Assembly (NCBI GenBank): GCA_016926735.1
Contig: JAFGOA010000223.1
Location: 31,276-95,275 of the forward strand
Length of the DNA stretch: 64,000 bases
Direction of reading: 5' to 3'
From: Promethearchaeota archaeon
Lineage (GTDB): Archaea > Asgardarchaeota > Lokiarchaeia > Sigyniarchaeales > SOKP01
Shown here: one piece after another, positions 19,101-28,259 of the stretch
Position numbering within the stretch: position 1 is the first letter of the stretch
Layout of the letters: every line of letters begins with the position of its first letter
Made by a program: the position numbers and the translations under genes
Notes under the pieces: generated by a model
What the model saw: only the letters and a program-made list of their open reading frames with translations
The model's database searches: none
What the model was told of the DNA's origin: nothing

Positions 19101-21236
19101 TTAAAAATTTACAATAAGGAAATAGCCCCAATTAACAATAGATCCAATTATAATTGCTATAGTTATTTCAAGTAGTGAAATTTGAAGTGCATATTTCCAA
19201 TTGGTCTGTTTTGCAATTATAATAATAGTTGCAAAACAAGGAATATATAACATCGTTACCAGACTAAAAACGAACATCTGAATTGGACTTAACAATAACG
19301 AAACCGAACCAACCCCAATTGAGACAGCTAAAACTTCAAGTAATGCAAAAGTTAGCTCTTTCCTTAGTATACCGTAAATTAAAAATATGCCTGTTACTGC
19401 TGGGAGTCCCAAACAAAAGACAGTTATTGGAGTAAGTATAATATTTACAGACTCTAATACGCTGAAGATATACATCACTTCTAATAAAATACCGATGAGT
19501 ATAATTATCGGTAAAGATCTAAAAACAAATTCTCTTGTGCGTACCCATGTTTGTTTTATTATAACTCTTGTATTTGGTTTTCGATATTCATGCATCTCCA
19601 TGATTAATTCTGTACATTCACCCGGCATTGTCTTATTTAGTATCCGTCCAACAAAAATAATAACTATAAAATTAATTAGAAATAATAGTCCTACGAATCC
19701 TATTCCAAGATATTCTCCAACTAATCCCATTACAACTACCATAGTTGCTGCACATGGAATTAATGAAGTTAAAGCAATAGAAATCTTTTTTTCTCTCTCT
19801 GTCTCCATAATCCTACATCCAGCACATGCAGGAACATTACATCCGAAACCTAATATCATAGTGATAATTGTTTTACCATGTACACCTAAAACATGCATAA
19901 ATTTATCTAATAAAAAAGCAGCTCTAGGTAAATACCCTGAATCCTGTAAAATTTCAATCAATAAAAAGAAAGGAATAACATATACTAATACTCCGCCTAC
20001 TGCCCCAAAAAATCCTCCTACAGCACCTTCCCACAATATTTTTCCCGCAACTGTACTAGTATCTATATCTGTACTTAGATAAGTATATAATTGATCCACC
20101 AGTCCTCCCAGAAAATCCCCAATTATAAATGTAAAATAATATATTCCAATCAATACCAATGCTAATATTACATATCCCAAAATTGAATGTGTAGTTAGAT
20201 GATCTATAATATCCGTAATAGATTGTTTCTTTGTTTCTTTTCTTGTGTCTATTATTAGAATACTATCAATTATTTTGTTGATATTTTGATATATCTCTGA
20301 AGATATAATAGTAGAGATCTCTTCTCCATGGTATTCTTCCAAATTTTTTCTATAATCCTTTGAAGTTTTAATAATTTCTGAATTATGAATATCTTTTGAT
20401 ATTAATTTTTCTATTTCTCTATCATTTTCTAAAAGTTTTAAAGCTATAAACCGAGAAGGATAATGATATTTTTCAGTATCTCCTATATTTTGCTCAATAT
20501 TATCTTCTAGCAATTGGATTTTCTCTTCAACTTCCTTACCAAATGAAAGTAAAGGTGATAAATCTGGAAATTGAAATAATTCTCTGGATGATGTATTTAA
20601 TTCTAATTTTGGATACATATGTTTGATTTTAAAATGATGGTGATGAGTTCTTCTTTTTTTTCTATGTTCTTTTTTATGTGGGTTAAATTTATGCTCATAT
20701 ATTAATTCTATAGCTTCTTCAAGCAATTGATATACTCCAACTCCATGAACAGCAACTACTGGAATAACAGGAACTTTAAATATTTGTTCAAACATTTCGA
20801 AATTAATGTCTTTATTTCTTTTTCTAAGTATATCCATTTGATTTACTGCGATTACAATTGGAATTTTTAATTCAAGTAATTGAAATGTAAAAAATAAATT
20901 TCTTTCTAAATTGGTTGCGTCTATTACATTAATTATTAGATCTACCTCATCTGAGGCGATATATTCTCGACTTACAATTTCCTCTAAAGAATATGCTGAT
21001 AATGAGTATATTCCAGGTAAATCAACAATATTGATATTATGCCCCAAGAAATTAAGATGTCCTTCCATTTTTTCTACTGTCTTTCCTGGCCAATTTCCAA
21101 TTGTCTGAGAAAGCCCTGTAAGTTGATTAAATATAACACTTTTCCCCACATTTGGATTTCCAGCTAAAGCAATATTGATTTTATTTCCTATAAATTGATT
21201 TTTCTTTCTTTCTTTATGAGAACAACAATCTTTCAT
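19101..21236 (-). CDS. feoB: ferrous iron transporter FeoB
   Basis: N-terminal G-domain (GNPNVGKS, DLPG, NQMD) followed by a polytopic permease. Contains a His-rich insert (RRTHHHHFKIKH). Confidence 0.95.
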   Translation of the reverse strand: MKDCCSHKERKKNQFIGNKINIALAGNPNVGKSVIFNQLTGLSQTIGNWPGKTVEKMEGHLNFLGHNINIVDLPGIYSLSAYSLEEIVSREYIASDEVDLIINVIDATNLERNLFFTFQLLELKIPIVIAVNQMDILRKRNKDINFEMFEQIFKVPVIPVVAVHGVGVYQLLEEAIELIYEHKFNPHKKEHRKKRRTHHHHFKIKHMYPKLELNTSSRELFQFPDLSPLLSFGKEVEEKIQLLEDNIEQNIGDTEKYHYPSRFIALKLLENDREIEKLISKDIHNSEIIKTSKDYRKNLEEYHGEEISTIISSEIYQNINKIIDSILIIDTRKETKKQSITDIIDHLTTHSILGYVILALVLIGIYYFTFIIGDFLGGLVDQLYTYLSTDIDTSTVAGKILWEGAVGGFFGAVGGVLVYVIPFFLLIEILQDSGYLPRAAFLLDKFMHVLGVHGKTIITMILGFGCNVPACAGCRIMETEREKKISIALTSLIPCAATMVVVMGLVGEYLGIGFVGLLFLINFIVIIFVGRILNKTMPGECTELIMEMHEYRKPNTRVIIKQTWVRTREFVFRSLPIIILIGILLEVMYIFSVLESVNIILTPITVFCLGLPAVTGIFLIYGILRKELTFALLEVLAVSIGVGSVSLLLSPIQMFVFSLVTMLYIPCFATIIIIAKQTNWKYALQISLLEITIAIIIGSIVNWGYFLIVNF

Positions 21237-21361
21237 AAATATCAGATTTTTTTTAGTTTAATTAAGCTCTTTTTTTTAAAAATTTTAAGATTAAAAATAT
21301 TTTGGAAGTGTTTTTAATGCAAAATCTTACTTTCCATCTATATATAAAAAATTTGTATTTT

Positions 21362-21661
21362 TTAAATATTACATTCTTTATTACAATTTACTAATATTTT
21401 CGAAGCAATTCCTCTTCCAATGACAATTTTTGATCCTTTAACTTCGATCTCCAATGGTCCTCTAAGTGGTGCTTCTTTTTTTTTCTTAATTATTGATCCA
21501 GGAACAATTCCTAAATTAGCTAAATGATTTTTTGCTTTCATACCTGAGTTAACAGATAAAACTATAACATCCTCATTTTTCTGACATAATGTTAAGCATT
21601 TAATCAATGTTTTTCCTATCTTAGATATTTGATCTGAATCATTGAATTTAATTTCATTCAT
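21362..21661 (-). CDS. feoA: FeoA-family protein
   Basis: 99 aa SH3-like FeoA pattern (LANLGIVPGSII...GPLEIEVKGSKIVIGRGIASKILV). Confidence 0.85.
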   Translation of the reverse strand: MNEIKFNDSDQISKIGKTLIKCLTLCQKNEDVIVLSVNSGMKAKNHLANLGIVPGSIIKKKKEAPLRGPLEIEVKGSKIVIGRGIASKILVNCNKECNI

Positions 21662-21717
21662 AACTAAACAGTTTTTTATTCTATAATATAAAAATAGTTT
21701 TTATTATATTTAAACTT

Positions 21718-21731
21718 TTAGGCATGCCTAA
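21718..21731. promoter_or_regulatory. perfect 14-bp palindrome TTAGGCATGCCTAA upstream of feoA; candidate metalloregulator operator
   Basis: The only GC-containing palindrome in the AT-rich feoA-feoA spacer, 57-70 nt upstream of the feoA start at 21661. It has TTAGG/CCTAA arms like DtxR-type boxes. Confidence 0.45.
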
Positions 21732-21914
21732 TAAACAATATAAAATATCTTAATTTAAGATATTTAAATAATTAAGAAATACTATTCTTATCAATAATAT
21801 AAATATCTAATAAAATATTCACGGAAATCAAAAATTAATCGTATATTTTCCTAATTTCTCTTCTTTATTGTATTTAATAAAAAATAGTTTTTGTTTATAT
21901 AATTAATAATATCA

Positions 21915-22211
21915 TTAACCCATACAAATATTATTACAGCTTACAATAATTTTTGCTACCAAACCTCGTCCTAATACAATCTTAGTACCTTTGACAATTA
22001 TTTCGACAGGACCATTAAATGGTGCTGATTTACTTTTTATAATCTTTACACCCGGAACAATTCCTAATGTTGCTAATCTTTGAGTTGCTGTACCTCCAGC
22101 ATCCACTTTTATTACTTCTAGTTCATCACCAATCTCACATTCACCTAAACATTTAATTAATGAACTGCCCCTTTCTTTATTTAATATTGATTTTCTGTTT
22201 TGAATATCCAT
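21915..22211 (-). CDS. feoA: FeoA-family protein (second copy)
   Basis: 98 aa, paralogous to 21362..21661 (LATLGIVPGVKI...GPVEIIVKGTKIVLGRGLVAKIIV). Confidence 0.85.
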   Translation of the reverse strand: MDIQNRKSILNKERGSSLIKCLGECEIGDELEVIKVDAGGTATQRLATLGIVPGVKIIKSKSAPFNGPVEIIVKGTKIVLGRGLVAKIIVSCNNICMG

Positions 22212-22456
22212 TTTATTCTTATATAGAAAAAGTTTTTTCTTCTCTATGTATTGTTAATCATACTTGGTATTTAAATTATTAGTGTTTCCTAAATATAATA
22301 TATTAATTCTTTTCCTTATAAAAGATAAACTGAAATAAATAAATATATTTGATTTTTAAAAAGAAATAATAAAAATCTTAAGAATAATATTGTTATTTTA
22401 TTTAATTTGATAATATTTTGAATAATTATTTAAAAATTACTCCTTTTTTTCTCTTA

Positions 22457-22470
22457 TGAATAATTATTCA
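22457..22470. promoter_or_regulatory. palindromic box TGAATAATTATTCA (member of the ATGAATA-N-TATTCAT set)
   Basis: Perfect 14-bp palindrome in the feoA/DUF5320 divergent spacer. Confidence 0.45.
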
Positions 22471-22638
22471 GAAAAATAAAATAATAATGTTCATAATCTT
22501 GGATTATTAAATTTATTAATTTTAACACATAAAACTAGCAATAGCTATAAATAATTCTTAAATGATAAATTCAACATTGTATTCTTATCAATTTAATATC
22601 CGTATGAGGATATTTCATATTTTGAATTCTTTTTTATT

Positions 22639-22654
22639 ATGAATATATATTCAT
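22639..22654. promoter_or_regulatory. palindromic box ATGAATATATATTCAT
   Basis: Perfect 16-bp palindrome, 61-76 nt upstream of the DUF5320 start (22715). Confidence 0.5.
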
Positions 22655-22714
22655 AAAACTTAAATATCATTATATCTATTAATAACATAATAAATAAAAA
22701 AAGTGATTATAAAA

Positions 22715-23080
22715 ATGCCAAGTGGAGATGGAACTGGTCCAAATGGTTTTGGACCAAGAACTGGAAGGGCGTTAGGATATTGTGCCGGATATAATGTACC
22801 TGGATATCTTAGGGGTCCTGGAAGAGGAGGTTTTAATAGAGGATTAGGCTTTGGAAGAAACTTTTATGGAAGGCGATTTGATTATCCCTTTCATAGAGGA
22901 GATCTATTAACTCCTATAAATCCAATTAATAATATAGGACTTAATTCAGAGATCACTCCTGAATCTAAAATAGCTATTTTAAATAGAGAAAAAGAATATT
23001 TGGAGTCAGAAATGGAAAATCTTAAGACAATTATTGGTAATATTGAAAAAAATATCACTCAAATTAAAAAACAAGAATAA
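22715..23080 (+). CDS. DUF5320-family protein
   Basis: MPSGDGTGPNGFGPRTGRALGYCAGY... is a Gly/Arg-rich N-terminus, followed by a C-terminal coiled coil, as in DUF5320. ATG at 22715. Confidence 0.65.
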   Translation: MPSGDGTGPNGFGPRTGRALGYCAGYNVPGYLRGPGRGGFNRGLGFGRNFYGRRFDYPFHRGDLLTPINPINNIGLNSEITPESKIAILNREKEYLESEMENLKTIIGNIEKNITQIKKQE

Positions 23081-23109
23081 TTTATTTTATTTTTTATTTA
23101 ATTTTAAAA

Positions 23110-23565
23110 TTAAAGAGAATTTACTTTAGATATATTTTTTTTATATTTTTTTATTGTATCTTTTAGAGCGTTTATAGCTAATTCTGCACAATGTTTATGA
23201 TCTTTTGGTAAGCCTTTAAGTGATTGATCGATATGTATAGTTTTTAATGATTCTATATCTTCTAGTGGTTTTCCTCGAGCCATAATGGTTGTTTGACTTC
23301 CTGCTGCAACTAATGCACCACATCCATCTGTAATAAAAGTTATGTCTTTAATTATGTTTTCTTCTATTTTTATAAAATATTTTATTGATTCTCCGCATTT
23401 TCCTTTATAATTATTTTTTACACTTAAATTATGCTCCTCCAATTTTCCCCAATTCTTGGGATTATGAAATAATTCTACGATATATTCATTAAATTCTTCA
23501 ATTTCTTTTGCAATTATTTCTTTCTGAAGCTCCTCTATAAATCTATCAAATTCTTTATTTGACAT
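23110..23565 (-). CDS. IscU/NifU N-terminal-like Fe-S scaffold protein
   Basis: Three conserved Cys contexts (GKCGESI, TDGCGALVAAGS, HCAELA). Confidence 0.8.
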   Translation of the reverse strand: MSNKEFDRFIEELQKEIIAKEIEEFNEYIVELFHNPKNWGKLEEHNLSVKNNYKGKCGESIKYFIKIEENIIKDITFITDGCGALVAAGSQTTIMARGKPLEDIESLKTIHIDQSLKGLPKDHKHCAELAINALKDTIKKYKKNISKVNSL

Positions 23566-23593
23566 TTTATAAACTCTAAAGTGTTCTTAATAA

Positions 23594-24466
23594 CTACTTT
23601 TCCAATAAATTTTGAATTTTATCTACTATTTGTTTAAATGATGTTGCACTTTCATTATCTGTGTTATTAATTACAAAAGGTAAGCCTTGATCTCCTTGAA
23701 GACTTACTTCAACCTCGAAAGGTATTTTCCCTAAAAGAGGTATATTAAAATCCTTAGCTGCCTTTTCCGCACCACCTGGAGGATAAAGATTAATATATTC
23801 ATTACAATGTGGACATTGAAATCCGGACATATTTTCAATAATTCCTAAAACATGTCTCTTCATAATCTGAGCCATCTTAATGGTTTTTCGAGCATCCATC
23901 AAAGCAACTTCTTGAGGTGTTGTAACAATAATCACATTTTCATCCGGAATAAGTTGTAATATATCCAATGTTTCATCAGATGTACCTGGGGGTAGATCAC
24001 ATATAAGAAAGTCTAATTCTCCCCATAAAGCATCTCCTAGAAATTGTCTTACAGCCCCCATTTTCATAGGACCTCTCCAAATTACTGGTGAATCAGAATT
24101 ATCTATAAGAAAAGCCATACTCATTACTTTGGTATTAAGTGGACCATCTATAGGATAAAATTTTTTTAATTCTTCATTTATTCTTGGTTTTTTACTAGAA
24201 TCAATTCCTAGCATTTTATTTACATTCGGACCAGTTATATCTACATCTAATAGTCCTACTCGAAGGCCTATACTTGCGAGACTCATTGCTAAATTTACGG
24301 ATACTGTTGTTTTACCGACCCCTCCCTTACCTGAAATAACAACGATTTTATGTTTTATCTTTGCCATGTTATTTTTTATATTATCTGTCGTTTCATCCAT
24401 TTTTTCTTTTTTAGCTTGTTTTATAGTATCTTTAAGATTAATATCTTCGATTTTTTCATCTTTCAT
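23594..24466 (-). CDS. Mrp/NBP35/ApbC-family Fe-S cluster carrier ATPase
   Basis: Deviant Walker A ISGKGGVGKTT, DLPPGTSD, and the CPHC motif. Confidence 0.9.
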   Translation of the reverse strand: MKDEKIEDINLKDTIKQAKKEKMDETTDNIKNNMAKIKHKIVVISGKGGVGKTTVSVNLAMSLASIGLRVGLLDVDITGPNVNKMLGIDSSKKPRINEELKKFYPIDGPLNTKVMSMAFLIDNSDSPVIWRGPMKMGAVRQFLGDALWGELDFLICDLPPGTSDETLDILQLIPDENVIIVTTPQEVALMDARKTIKMAQIMKRHVLGIIENMSGFQCPHCNEYINLYPPGGAEKAAKDFNIPLLGKIPFEVEVSLQGDQGLPFVINNTDNESATSFKQIVDKIQNLLEK

Positions 24467-24557
24467 ATGGTTTCACTTTAATTCTAATTTTTTTCCTTTT
24501 TCAATCTTTTTTTTTATTATTTAGATTAAATTTAAATATTTTAATAAGTTTATTATT

Positions 24558-24573
24558 ATGAATAAATATTCAT
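24558..24573. promoter_or_regulatory. palindromic box ATGAATAAATATTCAT (one mismatch)
   Basis: Lies in the divergent spacer between mrp (start 24466, minus) and the NifX-like gene (start 24618, plus). Confidence 0.5.
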
Positions 24574-24617
24574 AAAAAAGAATAAAAAAAATACAAATAA
24601 AAATAGTTGATTAAGAA

Positions 24618-25025
24618 ATGGTTATTATAGCAATACCTTCGATGAATGATGGTGGATTAAATGATTTTCTAAATCCACGATTTGGGAGATGTCCTTGTTT
24701 TACATTTATTGAACTAGAAAATAAAGAAGTTACAGCGGTGAAGATTATAAATAATGTTGCTACTAATTCAATGGGGGGCGCAGGAATACAAGCGGCACAA
24801 ATTGTTGGAGAAAATAAAGCGGATACAGTTATTATAAATTTCTTGGGTCCTAATGCAATCCAAGCACTTAAATCTTTTAATATTAAAATCTTTGAGCTTA
24901 GAAACGATAAAATTTCCATAAAAGATGTTCTAGATCTATATAATAAGGGGGAATTAGCAGAGATAAATGCTTCAAATGTTAATTCTCATTTTGGAACTAA
25001 TAAAAATATAACTAATCCGAATTAA
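24618..25025 (+). CDS. NifX/NifB-C-terminal-like (dinitrogenase FeMo-cofactor-binding fold) protein
   Basis: IAIPS...L...FGRCPCFTFIE...GGAG...ADTVI...GPNA is the pattern of the DUF269/NifX-like family. Confidence 0.8.
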   Translation: MVIIAIPSMNDGGLNDFLNPRFGRCPCFTFIELENKEVTAVKIINNVATNSMGGAGIQAAQIVGENKADTVIINFLGPNAIQALKSFNIKIFELRNDKISIKDVLDLYNKGELAEINASNVNSHFGTNKNITNPN

Positions 25026-25071
25026 ATTATTAAAAAATTAATTTTATACATATTTTAATAAAAGCTTTAAA

Positions 25072-25986
25072 ATGTCAAAAAATCTTAAAATTATTTGTGT
25101 AACTGGAGGAAAAGGTGGTACTGGAAAAACTTTAGTCGCCGTTAATTTAGCAGTGATGTTAAAAAATCAAGGTAATAAAATACTGCTTATTGATGGAGAT
25201 GTTGAAAATCCTAACACTCACTTATTATTAAATAGGGAATTATTAAATGATAAACCCGTATATATGTTCAAACCAAAAATTTCAGAACATTTATGCTATA
25301 AATGTGGAACATGTGCTGAAAATTGCTCTGCTCATGCATTATTATACATAACAAATTCTGTTCCTATTCCAATGCTTACTGTGTGCTCTGGATGTAAATT
25401 ATGTTATAAAATTTGTCCTTCAAATGCTATTGAGGAAGATTATAAAATAATTGGATGGACTTATTACTCCACCAAGGATAATCTTTCTCTTATGGTTGGT
25501 GAATTAAAACCATCTGAGGCTCGTTCTGCTGCAATCATTGAAGCATTATTTAAACGAATGGAAGATATTCAACAAAACAATATAGAAGATTTTGATTTTA
25601 TTATTTTTGATAGTGCTCCTGGAGCTCATTGTGATGTTGAATTATTAATAAATAAAGCCGATATCATCATTCCAGTTACTGAACCAACGAAATTCGGTGA
25701 ATTAGATTTAATGCGAATAATAGAATTAATTAATCTTTTGGAAAAAGAATACCAAATCATAATTAATCGATCAACTTTACCTGGGTATAAAGATGTATTT
25801 TTAAAGAAATTAAATGACAAAAATATTAACATTCTTGGTGAAATACCTTTCGATGAAGATATTGTACTATCTTATTGTCAAGGTATCCCTCTAATGAGTG
25901 AAGAAAGCATATTTAATACAAAAAATGAAGGATATTTATCATTTCAAACAATATTTAAAAATTTATTAAGTTGGATAAATAGTTAA
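25072..25986 (+). CDS. MinD/ParA-superfamily P-loop ATPase with inserted 2x[4Fe-4S] ferredoxin domain
   Basis: TGGKGGTGKT deviant Walker A. CYKCGTCAENC and CSGCKLCYKICP ferredoxin motifs. DSAPGAHC. Confidence 0.85.
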   Translation: MSKNLKIICVTGGKGGTGKTLVAVNLAVMLKNQGNKILLIDGDVENPNTHLLLNRELLNDKPVYMFKPKISEHLCYKCGTCAENCSAHALLYITNSVPIPMLTVCSGCKLCYKICPSNAIEEDYKIIGWTYYSTKDNLSLMVGELKPSEARSAAIIEALFKRMEDIQQNNIEDFDFIIFDSAPGAHCDVELLINKADIIIPVTEPTKFGELDLMRIIELINLLEKEYQIIINRSTLPGYKDVFLKKLNDKNINILGEIPFDEDIVLSYCQGIPLMSEESIFNTKNEGYLSFQTIFKNLLSWINS

Positions 25987-25999
25987 CTGGGAATGAATA

Positions 26000-26926
26000 A
26001 TGAAAAACAAGAAAGTTGGAGTTATTTCTGGTAAGGGAGGGGTCGGTAAAACCTCACTTGTAGCTTCATTAGCATATTTGACTGAGAATGATAGAGATAT
26101 CAATTCTATTGTTATTGATTGTGATGTCGATGCACCTAATTTAGCTCTGATTTTATCACCAAGTCCAAATAATAATCTAAAAAGAAAAGATGTATATTCA
26201 ACCTTAAAGGCTTCATTTCAAAAAGAAAAATGCACACAATGTAAACGCTGTATTGATGATCATTTTTGTGAATTTAATGCTTTAAGTTGGGATTTTGATA
26301 ACAACATCCCATTGATTGATTATCTTTCATGTGAAGGATGTGGTGCCTGCAAATTATTGTGTCAAGGATATGCTTTTGAAATAAATCCTGTTAAAAGTGG
26401 TGAAATTATTTACTATATTTCAGATATTGGTATACCTATTGTTTATGGTAAAACAAGATTAGGAAGTACAACCTCTGGAAAACTAGTTACAGAATGTAAA
26501 TCTTACATTGAAAAATTAGATGGTTTAGAAAAAATAAATCTAATTATAATTGATGGTCCTCCTGGAATTGGCTGTCCTGTTATTGCAACTATATCAGGAT
26601 TAGATTATCTAATTATTGTCACTGAACCAACACCCTCAGGATTACACGACCTTAAGAGAACTATCGAACTAGTTCAAAATTTTAAAATTCCTTTTGGAAT
26701 TGTGATAAATAAATTTAATATTGATACTCCTTTTCAAGTTGAGTTTAAAAAATATTTTAATGAAACAGGTTTTGATATTATTGGTAAAATTCCTTTTGAT
26801 TTAACAATACCTGAAGCTATGTCATATGCAAAACCAGTTATTGAATTTAATCATGAATCTGAAGCAAGTAAAGCTATTAAAAATATATATACACAAATAA
26901 AGAATATTTTATGGAACGGAAAATAA
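26000..26926 (+). CDS. MinD/ParA-superfamily P-loop ATPase with inserted ferredoxin domain (paralog)
   Basis: SGKGGVGKTS, CTQCKRCIDDHFC, CEGCGACKLLC, DGPPGIGC. Confidence 0.85.
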   Translation: MKNKKVGVISGKGGVGKTSLVASLAYLTENDRDINSIVIDCDVDAPNLALILSPSPNNNLKRKDVYSTLKASFQKEKCTQCKRCIDDHFCEFNALSWDFDNNIPLIDYLSCEGCGACKLLCQGYAFEINPVKSGEIIYYISDIGIPIVYGKTRLGSTTSGKLVTECKSYIEKLDGLEKINLIIIDGPPGIGCPVIATISGLDYLIIVTEPTPSGLHDLKRTIELVQNFKIPFGIVINKFNIDTPFQVEFKKYFNETGFDIIGKIPFDLTIPEAMSYAKPVIEFNHESEASKAIKNIYTQIKNILWNGK

Positions 26927-26962
26927 TTAATTTATTTATTTTAAAAATCTCTATCTTTAAAA

Positions 26963-27382
26963 TTAAATTTGTTCTCTAACAAAGAAATATACATTTTTTG
27001 AATTGCAATTCACACAATTAATTTTCTTATCTTTTGAAGCAGAAACATCTTCCCATTCATGATTACAATCAATACAACCATAACCAATGAATTTTACTTT
27101 ATAGTCGAAAGTACCTCCAAAAATTTTTATATTTTTTCCTTCAATGAGAGCTTGGGTTGTTTTCTGATGAGCACTTTCGAGAATACGTGAGAAGGTTGGT
27201 TGACTAATACCCATCTCGTCAGCAGCTGTTTTTTGATCTAAATTTAAATAATGTTTTAATCTCATAGATTCGAATTCTGAGATTGTCAAAATAATAGATT
27301 CTTCAAAAGAGGGATCTTCACTTGCAAAATAGAAATTATTGGGTGTTTCTCTTACCCATCTTCTTCTTTTTCTTCTCCCCAT
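26963..27382 (-). CDS. DUF134 (UPF0251) predicted DNA-binding protein with C-terminal zinc ribbon
   Basis: GRRKRRRWV..., sigma-70-region-4-like HTH (LDQKTAADEMGISQPTFSRILESA), and C-terminal CIDC..CVNC. Confidence 0.75.
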   Translation of the reverse strand: MGRRKRRRWVRETPNNFYFASEDPSFEESIILTISEFESMRLKHYLNLDQKTAADEMGISQPTFSRILESAHQKTTQALIEGKNIKIFGGTFDYKVKFIGYGCIDCNHEWEDVSASKDKKINCVNCNSKNVYFFVREQI

Positions 27383-27405
27383 ATTTAATCAATTGAAATC
27401 TTGAT

Positions 27406-27415
27406 GAATTAATTC
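27406..27415. promoter_or_regulatory. short-spacer variant palindrome GAATTAATTC upstream of the DUF134 gene
   Basis: Occurs in the context TGATGAATTAATTCTT, 24-33 nt upstream of the start at 27382. It shares the TGAAT/ATTC half-sites. Confidence 0.3.
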
Positions 27416-27496
27416 TTTTAAAAAAACTAATTATCTTTTAATTATTAAAACTAATTATAACAATAAATTTATTCCTATTTTTCTGATATCATAATT

Positions 27497-27856
27497 TTAG
27501 TGATGACAACTTGGTCCTTCTAATTTGTCCAATTTATCACTAAGAAGTAACTCTATATTTTCTTTTACAGTTTTCTCAGATATTCCTTGATAAAGATTAA
27601 TTCCTACTTGAATAAATCCCATATAAGGTCTACCTCCAATCCCTCCAATAATCATATCAGTTACATCTCTATCTTTCATATTCAAAACAGGTTCCATACA
27701 ACTTGAATGACCTTTATTTTGTAGTAAAAATGCAATCTCACCAATGTGATTATCATTGGTGTTGATCCCAATAAAAAAATTACAATGACCAAAATGATCA
27801 GACATAACATCATCTATTTTTGAACCATCTGAAGGAATAGCTATTATTCTTTTCAT
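27497..27856 (-). CDS. NifX/NifB-C-terminal-like protein
   Basis: IAIPSDG...HFGHCNFFIGI...GGIGGRP; same family as 24618..25025. Confidence 0.8.
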   Translation of the reverse strand: MKRIIAIPSDGSKIDDVMSDHFGHCNFFIGINTNDNHIGEIAFLLQNKGHSSCMEPVLNMKDRDVTDMIIGGIGGRPYMGFIQVGINLYQGISEKTVKENIELLLSDKLDKLEGPSCHH

Positions 27857-27877
27857 TTTTACCTTACCTTTTTATTT

Positions 27878-27893
27878 ATGAATAATTATTCAT
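27878..27893. promoter_or_regulatory. palindromic box ATGAATAATTATTCAT
   Basis: Perfect 16-bp palindrome, 22-37 nt upstream of the NifX-like start at 27856 (minus). Confidence 0.5.
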
Positions 27894-27970
27894 TTTATAT
27901 AAATTTACATATATACAAATCTTCCTGGTTAGAAAAATATATAATATTTAAAAAAAATTACATCATTATA

Positions 27971-28234
27971 ATGGATTTTTTACATGCTTTATTATTTTTA
28001 TTTATAATTTTGTATTTTTCTTATGTTATAAAAGCTAACTACTTTTACCTTGTTTTTATAGCAGTTGTTTTCTTATTTTTTTTTATTTCTCTATTATTTT
28101 TAGAGCCAATGCAATTTATAAATGCTATAGTAAATCAGATAATTTTAACACCTTGGGGATTGATTATCTTAATTATTTTGGGTATTTTGTTGATATTCAC
28201 TTCAAAACTAAAAAAAAAAGTTGAATATAAGTAA
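27971..28234 (+). CDS. possible small membrane protein
   Basis: 87 aa counted from the internal ATG, with three hydrophobic stretches. The 5' part of track ORF 27878..28234 overlaps the operator palindrome and is probably not coding. Confidence 0.35.
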   Translation: MDFLHALLFLFIILYFSYVIKANYFYLVFIAVVFLFFFISLLFLEPMQFINAIVNQIILTPWGLIILIILGILLIFTSKLKKKVEYK

Positions 28235-28259
28235 AATAATTAATTTATAAGAATAATTT

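Noticed and set aside
19387-20082. 231-aa + strand ORF inside feoB, and the many 60-110-aa ORFs antisense to or nested in larger genes. Examples start at 1579, 2530, 3999, 4516, 6300, 8847, 11250, 12680, 13220, 14096, 14450, 14852, 18435, 20911, 24611, 25626, 30357, 33513, 39945, 40415, 42587, 47723, 48387, 52545, 54321, 57691, 61853, 61872 and 63384
   Set aside because: They are shadow ORFs typical of AT-rich DNA. Their composition is low-complexity and Ile/Leu/Asn/Ser/Phe-rich, with no motifs, and each overlaps a gene with strong family signatures on the other strand or in another frame.
27878-27970. N-terminal 31 codons of track ORF 27878..28234
   Set aside because: Its ATG is the first three bases of the operator palindrome ATGAATAATTATTCAT, which serves the divergent NifX-like gene. 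The hydrophobic protein-like part begins at the internal ATG 27971.
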